A DNA stretch of 64,000 nucleotides from Candidatus Bathyarchaeia archaeon. GTDB lineage: Archaea; Thermoproteota; Bathyarchaeia; Bathyarchaeales; Bathycorpusculaceae. The notes beneath the pieces are model-generated. The model was not told the DNA's origin, searched no databases, and was given only the letters and a program-made list of their open reading frames with translations. The translations under genes were made by a program, and so were the position numbers. Below are positions 28,818 through 37,535 of this stretch, piece by piece. Every line of letters starts with the position of its first letter. The first letter of the stretch is position 1. The stretch is from contig JAVZNT010000003.1 of NCBI GenBank assembly GCA_038882655.1, positions 29,388-93,387 on the forward strand, given 5' to 3'.

Positions 28818-29669
28818 ATGAATGTTGAGGCCATCACATTCCTTGCAATTAGCACAATCTACTGGGTACTTGCACTGCGTTATTATTATGGCGTTTCTAA
28901 AGAACTGAGTCAGTATGCGCAAAAACCTCTAAAATCACCTAAAACTAGGACACTCATTATCGCTATTTACGGTTTCGGGCTAACATTATCTTTCGCGCTT
29001 GTGGGCCTAAACTCGAAATCAATCCTGCTGTCAGCCCTTCGAGGAGGCGCCCCTATTTCAGCTTTCTTTATAATCCTTCTTTCTTTTTTAAGCCCAATTA
29101 TCAATTATCTTTCTGTTTGCATTCAAGCTACGAATAGTGTTAATACTATTTTTCTATCCTCTAGCTTTCTGTTGGCAGTTGCTTCCGGCATAGCCATCCT
29201 TATTCCCTTCGGCTATGTCCTATATAAAACTCGAAAAGAAATAGAGATGCGCTTTCAAATGGCTACAGGTGGAATGCCTAAAAAACTGCGTGGAGATTTT
29301 AAAATGTACAGAACATCTCATGGAAAGCCGGTTACACGAGGCATATTTGGAGGGCTTATGGGCTTGATTATGTTTCCTTGGTATTTGTACTTTGATTTAT
29401 TCAAAGCTAAGCAAGGCCTCGTTGTATATAGAAAAGCGACAACAACCGAATACGACTGGACTTTCGTTGATTCGTCCCATCCTCCGCCCTTTTATGTTAG
29501 AGATGAGAGATTAGAGGTGGATATAGGAGAGGCGCTCGCTAAAACAGACAAAAGAACTATAAATCATGCCGGCGTCCCTATTTGCCCAAAATGCAAAAAG
29601 GCGCTCATCTACTTAGAAGACCATCAAAAATGGTGGTGTACCAAGTGCAAAAGAGCCTATATAGAATAA
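28818..29669 (+). CDS. Multi-TM membrane protein with a C-terminal Zn ribbon
   Basis: 4-5 hydrophobic helices; CPKCKKALIYLEDHQKWWCTKC. Confidence 0.75.
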   Translation: MNVEAITFLAISTIYWVLALRYYYGVSKELSQYAQKPLKSPKTRTLIIAIYGFGLTLSFALVGLNSKSILLSALRGGAPISAFFIILLSFLSPIINYLSVCIQATNSVNTIFLSSSFLLAVASGIAILIPFGYVLYKTRKEIEMRFQMATGGMPKKLRGDFKMYRTSHGKPVTRGIFGGLMGLIMFPWYLYFDLFKAKQGLVVYRKATTTEYDWTFVDSSHPPPFYVRDERLEVDIGEALAKTDKRTINHAGVPICPKCKKALIYLEDHQKWWCTKCKRAYIE

Positions 29670-29732
29670 TAGAGAGAAATAAGCGATTTTGCGGTATATC
29701 ACGTAGCAGTAAGTTCACTTTTCAAGCCGGTG

Positions 29733-31133
29733 CTAAGTGCTTTTGATGACCGCTTTTGCCCAGCTTCCATATTTTATCCAGAGTATGGCTATCATTCCGC
29801 TTATAATGTTGCTTATTGCTATGGCTAGCCAAATCCCTATAGAGCCCATGTCGAGAATGAAAGCCATGAGATAGCCTGCGGCTATCCTTATTCCCCAAAG
29901 CCTCACCATTCCCAAGCCCGTTGGAAATGTTGTGTGTCCCGAACCCCTCCCAACTGATAGGGCTACGGCGAAAAGTCCAAAGAATGGAAGCGTGGGAAGC
30001 ATTGTTTGGAGGAAAATGTCTGTCTCATTTACTGTGTTAGGATCATCTGCGAAGACGTCCACTAAGTTTCTCCTAACTGGGTATACTATGGCGGCACTTA
30101 TCATCATTAGGGCGAATATGAGGAGGGTTGCTTTAAAGGCTACTTCTCTGGCTCTTTTATGGTTGTCCGCGCCGAGACTTTGCCCTATCATTATGGCCGG
30201 GGCTCCACTTAAACCCCAAAGCGCAGCATCCACAATATCCATCATTACAAAACCTATAGAAAAGGCGGTTGCGGTTACGATTCCAAGCATGTTGACAAGT
30301 CTAAGCTGCATGAGAAAGGCGAAACCATTTGTTAAGCCAAGCGTTAAAATTGGCAGCCCTATACGTAAAACCAAGCGAGCCCATGTGACGTCTATTTCCT
30401 TAGTTGGTCTTATATGGAGCTCTGGGTAGTATTTTCTCAAAATGTATGTTAGGGCTGTTATTGATATTATTTTTCCCATAACATCTGTTAGGGCTGCTCC
30501 GACTACTCCGAGTCTTGGAATGGGTCCTATACCTAAAATAAGGAACGGGTCTAAGGCTATGTTTATGGCGACAGATATGACATTAACAATTGCTGGTCTT
30601 CTTGTGTCTCCCACGCTTTGGAGAATCGTCGTATATGTTAGGGCTATGTAGTTGAAAAACACGTCGAAGACTATTACGCCAGAATACCTCATAACATCCT
30701 CAAAAATTTCTGTGGGTGTGGACACAACAACTGTAAAAATCGAATTTCTAAGTGCCAAAAGGAGCATGCTTAAGGCACCACCAGATATTAGGGACAGCGT
30801 AAAGAAGCGTGATGCTGACATACTTGCTTCCTTGTAGGCTTTGCTTCCCACATACTGTGAGATTACGCTTAGACTTGCTGTGGTGATGGCGTTTGCAAGG
30901 GCTTGAAAAAGCATTAGAATGGGCCAAATCTGTCTAGGAACAGCCACAGCTTGTTCGCTGTAGTTGCTAAGCCAATAAGTGTCAGCCACGTTGTAAGTTA
31001 CAACCACAAGTTGGTTTACAAGGGGAGGGGTTCCCAACCAAAAAATTGTGCGAATAATGGGGCCGTCAATAATTTTATCCCTGTACTTGCTTATTCCACT
31101 AGGCTCTAGTGGGCTTTCAGAGTCTTCAGCCAT
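29733..31133 (-). CDS. MATE family efflux transporter
   Basis: YNVADTYW, GDTRRP, NIALDP.LI.G...LGVVGAA; 12 TM segments in two repeats. Confidence 0.93.
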   Translation of the reverse strand: MAEDSESPLEPSGISKYRDKIIDGPIIRTIFWLGTPPLVNQLVVVTYNVADTYWLSNYSEQAVAVPRQIWPILMLFQALANAITTASLSVISQYVGSKAYKEASMSASRFFTLSLISGGALSMLLLALRNSIFTVVVSTPTEIFEDVMRYSGVIVFDVFFNYIALTYTTILQSVGDTRRPAIVNVISVAINIALDPFLILGIGPIPRLGVVGAALTDVMGKIISITALTYILRKYYPELHIRPTKEIDVTWARLVLRIGLPILTLGLTNGFAFLMQLRLVNMLGIVTATAFSIGFVMMDIVDAALWGLSGAPAIMIGQSLGADNHKRAREVAFKATLLIFALMMISAAIVYPVRRNLVDVFADDPNTVNETDIFLQTMLPTLPFFGLFAVALSVGRGSGHTTFPTGLGMVRLWGIRIAAGYLMAFILDMGSIGIWLAIAISNIISGMIAILWIKYGSWAKAVIKST

Positions 31134-31184
31134 AGGCTTCCCTTTACGTTGAAAATGAATTCTTAAAAGCTTTTCCTAAAATTT

Positions 31185-32045
31185 TCAGAAATATTCAAGA
31201 ATTTTTGAAGAGATGGGCCTGTGGAACTTTCTTTTCACCCTTTCAATAGGCTCTCCGACAACTTCTATGTTTTCCAGTCGGCATGTTCCAAGTCCCTTTT
31301 TCTCCGCCAAAACCAGATGCTTAACTTTCGTTGGCGAAACTCCCATAACAGCAGCACCAACAGTGTCAACAGCCACAGGGTCTGCGCCTGCTATAACCAA
31401 ATCCATTTTTACAGGATTTCCACTCGTTTCATGTCCTTCTCCAGCTATTATTCCATCAATAACCGTTAGGCTTGGCTTTAGTACGGAAGTCAAGTCCACA
31501 ATGTTCGCGTGAAGTCTACCGTTGTGCATGCTTCCTTTGGAGGCGAGGGCTCCCATCATGTTCTTTATTCCAAGCGTGACTGTGGCGAGCCTATGAAGTT
31601 TCAGCTTTGGAACACTTATTATTACGCTTTCTAGGGCTGTTTTTGCTACCTTAACCTTTCTTAGAGCCAAAGGATTTGACGGATAAACCTCAACGAAAAT
31701 GTCCTTGTTGAGGTCGACAAGTTTCACTTTCCATTTTTCGCTTACTTTGTCTAACTCAGCAACTTTGAAGGCTTCAAACGTGTCTGCCCAACCGCTTCCC
31801 TCACCAATAACGATGTCGTCTTTATCATGCTCTTTAAGAAATTTAACAACCCCTTCCACCACCCTGCCGTCTGTTGTGATTCCAGTTGAAGGGTGCTGAG
31901 CTGTTATGTAATTCGGCTTTATGAGAATGGGCTTTTTTGCGGAAAGAATGGCGTCTAAATCCGACTTTACTGCTTCAAGCGCTCTAACAGTTGTTTCTAT
32001 GGGGTCTGAGCCTTTAATTATGGCTACTTGGCTAATTTTACTCAT
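31185..32045 (-). CDS. DUF362 family protein
   Basis: ILIKPN, TT...V, ISVPKLK.H...T.GIKNMMG, IDG...EG, DPVAVD. Confidence 0.85.
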   Translation of the reverse strand: MSKISQVAIIKGSDPIETTVRALEAVKSDLDAILSAKKPILIKPNYITAQHPSTGITTDGRVVEGVVKFLKEHDKDDIVIGEGSGWADTFEAFKVAELDKVSEKWKVKLVDLNKDIFVEVYPSNPLALRKVKVAKTALESVIISVPKLKLHRLATVTLGIKNMMGALASKGSMHNGRLHANIVDLTSVLKPSLTVIDGIIAGEGHETSGNPVKMDLVIAGADPVAVDTVGAAVMGVSPTKVKHLVLAEKKGLGTCRLENIEVVGEPIERVKRKFHRPISSKILEYF

Positions 32046-32332
32046 CTCGACACTTGAAAGTCAAAAATAAGAGCGGCAATTTAACACTTACCATCTTACA
32101 AACCATAAAAAAGCAAGGAGAAAGACGTTGAAATTTAAAAGCGGGACCGGTGAAGGCAAAACATCTTCAAGAGGCAATGGGAAGCTTTTACTTCTTTTCC
32201 TTCTTCTTTGGCACGGCCATCATCAAATTTTGATGGGAAAAACCAGATGTTAAAATTTTTCGTTCCATCTAAAGGTGTTTAGAGGCATTTTGTTGCAATA
32301 TTTTTAAATGGGGCTTTGCGGGAGGCTTTCCT

Positions 32333-32731
32333 ATGCACGAATGGGCTTTAGCGGAGGCAATAATCTCTTCCGTTTCGCAAATAGCTGAAAAGGAGGGGCT
32401 AAAAGAGGTCAAGGAGGTCAAGATAAAAGTTGGCGAGCTTCAGCAGGTAGAAGTAGACATTTTAGAGTTTGCGCTGTCGGAGCTTAAGATGGACAAGCTC
32501 AAAAACACCAAATTTTCGATAAAAACTGTTAAAGTCAAGTTGCAATGCAGAGCTTGCAGACATAAATGGTCTTTCAACAAGAACAAACTTGATGAGGAAT
32601 CAGCCGAAGCCATTCACTTCCTCCCCGAAACAGTGCACGCCTACATTAAATGTCCAAGATGCGGCAGTCCGGACTTTGAAGTTTTACAAGGTAGGGGTGT
32701 ATGGCTTGAAAGCGTAAGGGGAGTCAAGTAG
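32333..32731 (+). CDS. hypA: Hydrogenase nickel incorporation protein HypA
   Basis: MHEWALA, GELQQV, CxxC...CPxCGS, GRG. Confidence 0.95.
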   Translation: MHEWALAEAIISSVSQIAEKEGLKEVKEVKIKVGELQQVEVDILEFALSELKMDKLKNTKFSIKTVKVKLQCRACRHKWSFNKNKLDEESAEAIHFLPETVHAYIKCPRCGSPDFEVLQGRGVWLESVRGVK

Positions 32732-32733
32732 CC

Positions 32734-33462
32734 ATGTTAGACCCGCGAGAAAATGTTATCAACAAGAGACTTAAAGGGGTAAAGCGCATAATTGCCGTTT
32801 CAAGTGGTAAAGGCGGTGTTGGAAAAAGCCTTGTTGCATCCACCATTGCCTTGACACTGGTGAGAAAAAACTTTAAAGTCGGGCTTTTTGACGCGGATTT
32901 CACGAGTCCCTCAACCCACCTAATTTTAGGTGTTAAAAAAGCGGAGCCAAAAGAGGAGAAGGGCATAATTCCAGTTCAAGTTCACGGTTTAAAATACGTC
33001 TCAATTGTCGCTTACTCAAAAGAAAGAGCGTTGCCTTTGAGGGGCGCAGATGTTTCAAATGCTCTTATAGAACTTTTCGCCACTACGATATGGGGAGATT
33101 TAGACTTCCTAATAATAGATATGCCTCCAGGCATAAGCGACGTCGCATTAGACGTAGTTAGACTTGTTAAAGGCATAAACTTCCTCGTAGTTACGACACC
33201 TTCTTTGCTTGCCTTTGAAACCGTTAAGAAGTTGCTGGATCTGCTTGCTGGGCTTAAAGTGCCAGTTTTAGGCGTTGTTGAGAACATGAAAACTAAGGGA
33301 AACGCGTTTATATCGCAGAATGTTGTGGCCACGAGTTTTCCTTTTCTTGGAGAGTTACCCTTCGACTCGAAGGTTGAGGATTCACTGGGGGACGTAGATG
33401 CACTTTTAAAGACAGATTTTGCCAAAAAATTGGCTGAAATTGTTTCAAAAAATTTCCTTTAA
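32734..33462 (+). CDS. Mrp/MinD-family ATPase, probable ATPase-type HypB
   Basis: SGKGGVGKS, DAD, IDMPPG, ENM; lacks the C-terminal CxxC of Mrp/Nbp35; starts 2 bp after hypA. Confidence 0.82.
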   Translation: MLDPRENVINKRLKGVKRIIAVSSGKGGVGKSLVASTIALTLVRKNFKVGLFDADFTSPSTHLILGVKKAEPKEEKGIIPVQVHGLKYVSIVAYSKERALPLRGADVSNALIELFATTIWGDLDFLIIDMPPGISDVALDVVRLVKGINFLVVTTPSLLAFETVKKLLDLLAGLKVPVLGVVENMKTKGNAFISQNVVATSFPFLGELPFDSKVEDSLGDVDALLKTDFAKKLAEIVSKNFL

Positions 33463-33463
33463 T

Positions 33464-33859
33464 CTATTTAGCCGTTTTCTTAGCCGGTTTTTTCTTCGTT
33501 TCGCTTGAAACCCGCTTTCTAGACAGCAAAACTTCTTCCATTGAGTTTGCCTTTTGCAACTCATTCATATACCAACCTCTGTCCCTTGAATAGTTTATTC
33601 CAGCCGCTATTCCATAAATGATTAGGGTTAGACCACAAATTATTAGGGCTAAACCTAGAAGGGTTCCGCTGTGAAAGACAGCATAATAAGGAATAAATAG
33701 AAACCACTCGGGATTTCTACCAATCACACTGCTGATAAGTAGGTTTTCAAGGATTCCTCCAACAAAGAATGTTGTTCCAGCGAGAAACATTAGATAAGCC
33801 ACTGTCTCGTTGTGTCTTGATTCTTCAGCCTTTTCGTGCAAGTAGTCTCTGAAAGACAT
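33464..33859 (-). CDS. Hypothetical 2-TM membrane protein
   Basis: Two hydrophobic helices and a basic tail; fills the gap between convergent and divergent genes. Confidence 0.7.
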   Translation of the reverse strand: MSFRDYLHEKAEESRHNETVAYLMFLAGTTFFVGGILENLLISSVIGRNPEWFLFIPYYAVFHSGTLLGLALIICGLTLIIYGIAAGINYSRDRGWYMNELQKANSMEEVLLSRKRVSSETKKKPAKKTAK

Positions 33860-33964
33860 AACTTCTCAATATTCTCATCATTGGACATATACCTAAATCT
33901 TATTATGTGGAAATAAGTATTGCAAAAAAGTATTAGAAATTCAGCGAAGTGGAGAAGAAAGGCT

Positions 33965-34699
33965 TTGCCACTCATTAAGGCTGTTATATTTGATTTCATT
34001 GGTACGCTGGTGAATGTTAAAGGTTACAACTTGGAAACTTCAAAAATGAAGCTTTGTAAGGCTATTTTCGACGCTGGTTTTAAAGTGAGCCAAAAAGATT
34101 TTTTAGAGGCGTACAGTCAAGCCCATGAAAAATATCGTGCTATACGCTATCAGAAACTTATCGAAGTCACAAACGCTATATGGATTTCCGAAGCACTAAA
34201 CAGTTTAGGATTTAAGACAAGCCCAGAGGACGCTCGCATAAGAACTGCTGTTAACATTTTCTTTGAGGACTACCTGAACTCTTTTAGGCTAAGAAAGTGT
34301 GCAAAGCAAACTTTGAGAATGTTGGCTGGGGATTATAAGCTTGGGCTTGTTTCAAACTTTACATATGCCCCAGTTATATACGCTGGGCTTAGAAGAGTTG
34401 GAATAAGCAATTTTTTTGATGTTATACTGGTCTCGGAGGCTGTTGGCTGGCGAAAGCCCCACGCCAAAATTTTTGAGGAAATGTTAAAGAGGCTTGGAGT
34501 AGAGGCTAAAGAGGCGCTTTATGTCGGGGACAGTCCTGAGGAAGATATCAAGGGTGCAAAGCAGTTAGGCATGAAAACAGTCTTTGTTGCCTCTCAGTTT
34601 TTCCCGGTTGAAAGACTTCTTGAAAGCGAACAGAAGCCAGACGTCATAGCAAGGAACATGTGCGAGGCGAGAAGAAAAATTCAAGGTATAGTTCGCTAA
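33965..34699 (+). CDS. HAD-superfamily hydrolase
   Basis: FDFIGTL, VSN, RKP, YVGDS..EDI.GA; start uncertain. Confidence 0.88.
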   Translation: MPLIKAVIFDFIGTLVNVKGYNLETSKMKLCKAIFDAGFKVSQKDFLEAYSQAHEKYRAIRYQKLIEVTNAIWISEALNSLGFKTSPEDARIRTAVNIFFEDYLNSFRLRKCAKQTLRMLAGDYKLGLVSNFTYAPVIYAGLRRVGISNFFDVILVSEAVGWRKPHAKIFEEMLKRLGVEAKEALYVGDSPEEDIKGAKQLGMKTVFVASQFFPVERLLESEQKPDVIARNMCEARRKIQGIVR

Positions 34700-34706
34700 T
34701 TTTCTG

Positions 34707-34997
34707 GTGGCAATTAACATGACTGGTCCTTTTAATATTGTTGTGCTTGTCCTTCCGTTGGTTGCTGGTATGGTAGCGGGCTATTATTCAAGAAGTAAGA
34801 AACTTTTAAATGTTGGAAAGCTTGTACTTGGCACTATTTTGGTATTGATCTTCTCTCTTGGCTTTTCAATAGGTTCAAACACCGAACTTTTGGCGATAAT
34901 GCCAAACGTCGCTTTTAATGCTCTGGTGCTTTTGGTTATGGCTTTATTTTTTAGCATACTCTTTGTAAAGGCAGCTCGAAAACTGGTGAAAATATGA
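34707..34997 (+). CDS. LysO (DUF340) family transporter, N-terminal subunit
   Basis: 3 TM segments, LIFSLGFSIGSN; overlaps the start of the following LysO-like gene. Confidence 0.7.
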   Translation: MAINMTGPFNIVVLVLPLVAGMVAGYYSRSKKLLNVGKLVLGTILVLIFSLGFSIGSNTELLAIMPNVAFNALVLLVMALFFSILFVKAARKLVKI

Positions 34998-35605
34998 TAA
35001 AATATGTTTTGCCAGTCCTCTCCATCGGAATTCTGGCGGGTTACTTAAACAATAGTTTCGGTGCTCCGTTGTTAAACATCGTTTTTTCAGAATACGCTTT
35101 TAACTTCTCCCTAATAGTGTTGTTGTTTTTGATGGGCCTGCTTTTCGCAGTAGATGAAAAAGCAGTGGCAAAAATGAGGCAAGCCAAGTTTAAAATATTG
35201 GTTTTTCCGCTGGCAGTGGCTTTAGGCAGCATAATAGGAGGGCTTGTTGGCGGAACAATCCTTAGAATCAACATATTTGCCTCTATGGGAGTCTGCGCTG
35301 GCTACGGCTGGTATACGCTGGCCGGACCATTAGCCGGGCAGCTTTTCGGGCTGGAATGGGGCGCCCTTGGCTTCACAGTAAACCTTCTCAGAGAACTTGT
35401 CACAATAGTTTTTGCGTCGCTGGCGGCAAAACTGGATAGATATGCACCGATAGCAATGGGAGGCGCAACCGCAATGGACACAACGCTGCCAATAATAGTG
35501 CGCTACTGCGGCCAAGACACGCTTATAACAGCCTTCTCCAGCGGCTTCATCCTAACGATGGCAGCGCCTTTCACTATAACCGCCATAGCAGCCATAGCCC
35601 ATTAA
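34994..35605 (+). CDS. LysO (DUF340) lysine-exporter family, C-terminal subunit
   Basis: GYGWYTLAG, NLLRE, GGATAMDTTLP. Confidence 0.88.
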   Translation: MIKYVLPVLSIGILAGYLNNSFGAPLLNIVFSEYAFNFSLIVLLFLMGLLFAVDEKAVAKMRQAKFKILVFPLAVALGSIIGGLVGGTILRINIFASMGVCAGYGWYTLAGPLAGQLFGLEWGALGFTVNLLRELVTIVFASLAAKLDRYAPIAMGGATAMDTTLPIIVRYCGQDTLITAFSSGFILTMAAPFTITAIAAIAH

Positions 35606-35799
35606 GGTTTGTCCCTAAACTTTTCAGATGCTGGTTCCCCGCCGATACCCCAATGCACTTTCGGGACTTCATGCACAATCACTTCCACAGCACTTTCAGG
35701 AACACCCAAGCCTCCAAACACCCTCGTTATCTCTCGAATCAATGTTTTGACGCGGTCTTTTCCGAAACCTTTCCAAACATACACGTGAACTATAGGCAA
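35602..35799 (-). CDS. 4-oxalocrotonate tautomerase family protein
   Basis: TTG start gives (M)PIVHV with catalytic Pro1; V.VI..EVP..HWGIGG. Confidence 0.88.
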   Translation of the reverse strand: MPIVHVYVWKGFGKDRVKTLIREITRVFGGLGVPESAVEVIVHEVPKVHWGIGGEPASEKFRDKP

Positions 35800-35852
35800 G
35801 CACAACCAACTCCTTACACTAACAATTATACACATTTTAGGTTTAAAATCTG

Positions 35853-35930
35853 TGGTGCGGCCGCCGGGATTTGAACCCGGGTCGTCAGCGTGGCAGGCTG
35901 ATGTCCTAGTCCAGGCTAGACTACGGCCGC
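35853..35930 (-). tRNA. tRNA-Gly(GCC), intronless, CCA encoded
   Basis: GCGGCCG acceptor, TCAGC-CTGCCAC-GCTGA anticodon arm, CCGGG-TTCAAAT-CCCGG, ends ACCA. Confidence 0.96.
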
Positions 35931-36152
35931 CCTGATAATTTCTGGTTATCCTCTTACCGTTATTTTCCTAAAAAGCGTTATGTTCAATTTTGCGGGTAGG
36001 TCAATTTTGTGCTGGTTTTCTACTGTCAAAATTGGTAGCCCCTCTAGGTTTTTGGTGTTGGGTTGGAAGTGGCAATCTTTTGCAGTTTGTTTGCATGGTT
36101 TTATGTTTTTCATTCGTCAAGTTTTTATGGTTTGTTGGCTTTTGTGTTTTTG

Positions 36153-37040
36153 ATGTTTGGCGAGGAGTTTTTTGTTAATCGTTATCGGCTGTTTGGTTGG
36201 GAGTTTAGGGATGTTACGCCAAAACAAGCCATCAGAGTTAATTTCATGAATGTTAAGGGCATCAACATCTTGGAGAGGCTTAAGGGTTTGGGGGTTAAGC
36301 TTGAGGGAATTCATTTTCTGCGCGGTGGTTATTGGGTTGTGCGTTCGGAGTTTTCTGTCGGCGCTACAATAGAATATCTTTTGGGCTATTACTCTGTCCA
36401 GGAAGCTGCAGCTCAAATCCCAGCAACATTGTTTACAGATTTAAGAGGCAAGACTGTTCTGGATGCCTGTGCTGCCCCGGGCGGAAAGACTGTTCAGTTG
36501 GCTGATTTGATGGAGAACACTGGTGTTATTGTGGCTTTGGACGTTGATGGGCGGAGGCTTAACGCCCTAATGAATCAGCTGGAGCGGTGCTGCGTAAAAA
36601 ACACTATTGTTTATAGGTTGGATGCCCGAAAGGCTTCAAGGTTGGGTTTAAGGTTTGATAGGATACTGCTTGATGTTCCGTGCTCGGGCAATTTTGCTAC
36701 CGACAAAGACTGGTTTAGTCGAAGGACACTGGCTGATGTTAAGCGAAACGCCAAGCTTCAAAGGGAGATTCTCGCCGAAGCCGCCAAGGTTCTAAGGAAA
36801 GACGGCGAAATAATTTATGCCACATGCTCCCTAGAGCCAGAAGAAGACGAACTAAACATTGACTGGGCTGTGAAGAACCTTGGTCTTGAAACCGTGGAGA
36901 TAGAATGTTATGGCGAGGAAGCGCCAACAGAGATTTTCGGCAAAAAATTGGATGATTCTGTAAGAAATTGTCGCCGCATATGGCCCGGTGAAACTCAAGG
37001 CTTCTTTGTATGCAAACTCAAAAAACGCAAGCAAAGGTGA
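36153..37040 (+). CDS. RsmB/NOP2 family RNA m5C methyltransferase
   Basis: VQEAAA, LDACAAPGGKT, LLDVPCSG, YATCSL..EE.E; ATG 36153 preferred. Confidence 0.93.
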   Translation: MFGEEFFVNRYRLFGWEFRDVTPKQAIRVNFMNVKGINILERLKGLGVKLEGIHFLRGGYWVVRSEFSVGATIEYLLGYYSVQEAAAQIPATLFTDLRGKTVLDACAAPGGKTVQLADLMENTGVIVALDVDGRRLNALMNQLERCCVKNTIVYRLDARKASRLGLRFDRILLDVPCSGNFATDKDWFSRRTLADVKRNAKLQREILAEAAKVLRKDGEIIYATCSLEPEEDELNIDWAVKNLGLETVEIECYGEEAPTEIFGKKLDDSVRNCRRIWPGETQGFFVCKLKKRKQR

Positions 37041-37047
37041 AATAATT

Positions 37048-37515
37048 ATGGCGAAGACCATAGAAGATTTTGCCAAACTGTTTGGTGCAAAAATTAGCTT
37101 GGAAAAGAGTTTGGTGTTTAAGAAGAAGGACAAGTTTTTCTTGTTTGGTCCGAATTTGAAGAAATTAGCCGGGAAAGGCGGAGGCTGGCTTTTTGCAGGC
37201 ACATATCTTGGCAAAATCGAGAATGGAGAGCTCTTTCCAAGTTTTCCCTTGCTTTCTATGGTTGCAGAGCAAGCCAAAAACAAGGTGGTTGTTGATGATA
37301 AGACGGCTTGGCTTTTCGTCTGCGGCAGAGACATATTCAAGGAAGGGATATTGGAGGCTTATGGCTCAAGGAGTAGAGGCGCCTACACATTGGTTTTTAA
37401 TCGTTATGGCGAGTGCCTTGGCTTTGGCAAAATAGAAAGAGACTTAGACGAGACGAAAAGGGGCGTAGTCATCAAAAATATTTTGGATGTTGGAGATTTC
37501 CTAAGAAGGGAGTGA
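37048..37515 (+). CDS. NIP7-like PUA-domain ribosome biogenesis protein
   Basis: AGTYLGK, AWLFVCGRD, LGFG, DVGDFLRRE; adjacent to the NOP2 homologue. Confidence 0.8.
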   Translation: MAKTIEDFAKLFGAKISLEKSLVFKKKDKFFLFGPNLKKLAGKGGGWLFAGTYLGKIENGELFPSFPLLSMVAEQAKNKVVVDDKTAWLFVCGRDIFKEGILEAYGSRSRGAYTLVFNRYGECLGFGKIERDLDETKRGVVIKNILDVGDFLRRE

Positions 37516-37535
37516 AACACGAGAATTTTAGAGAC

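Noticed and set aside
22377-29730. Intact provirus, integrase, transposase or defence system in the accessory region
   Set aside because: No recombinase, capsid, nuclease or NTPase motifs were recognised
36063-36152. Apparent TM/signal segment at the N-terminus of the NOP2-like methyltransferase, and ORF 35990..36178
   Set aside because: By-product of the G/T-rich intergenic tract, which yields F/V/L/C codons; ATG 36153 is the plausible start
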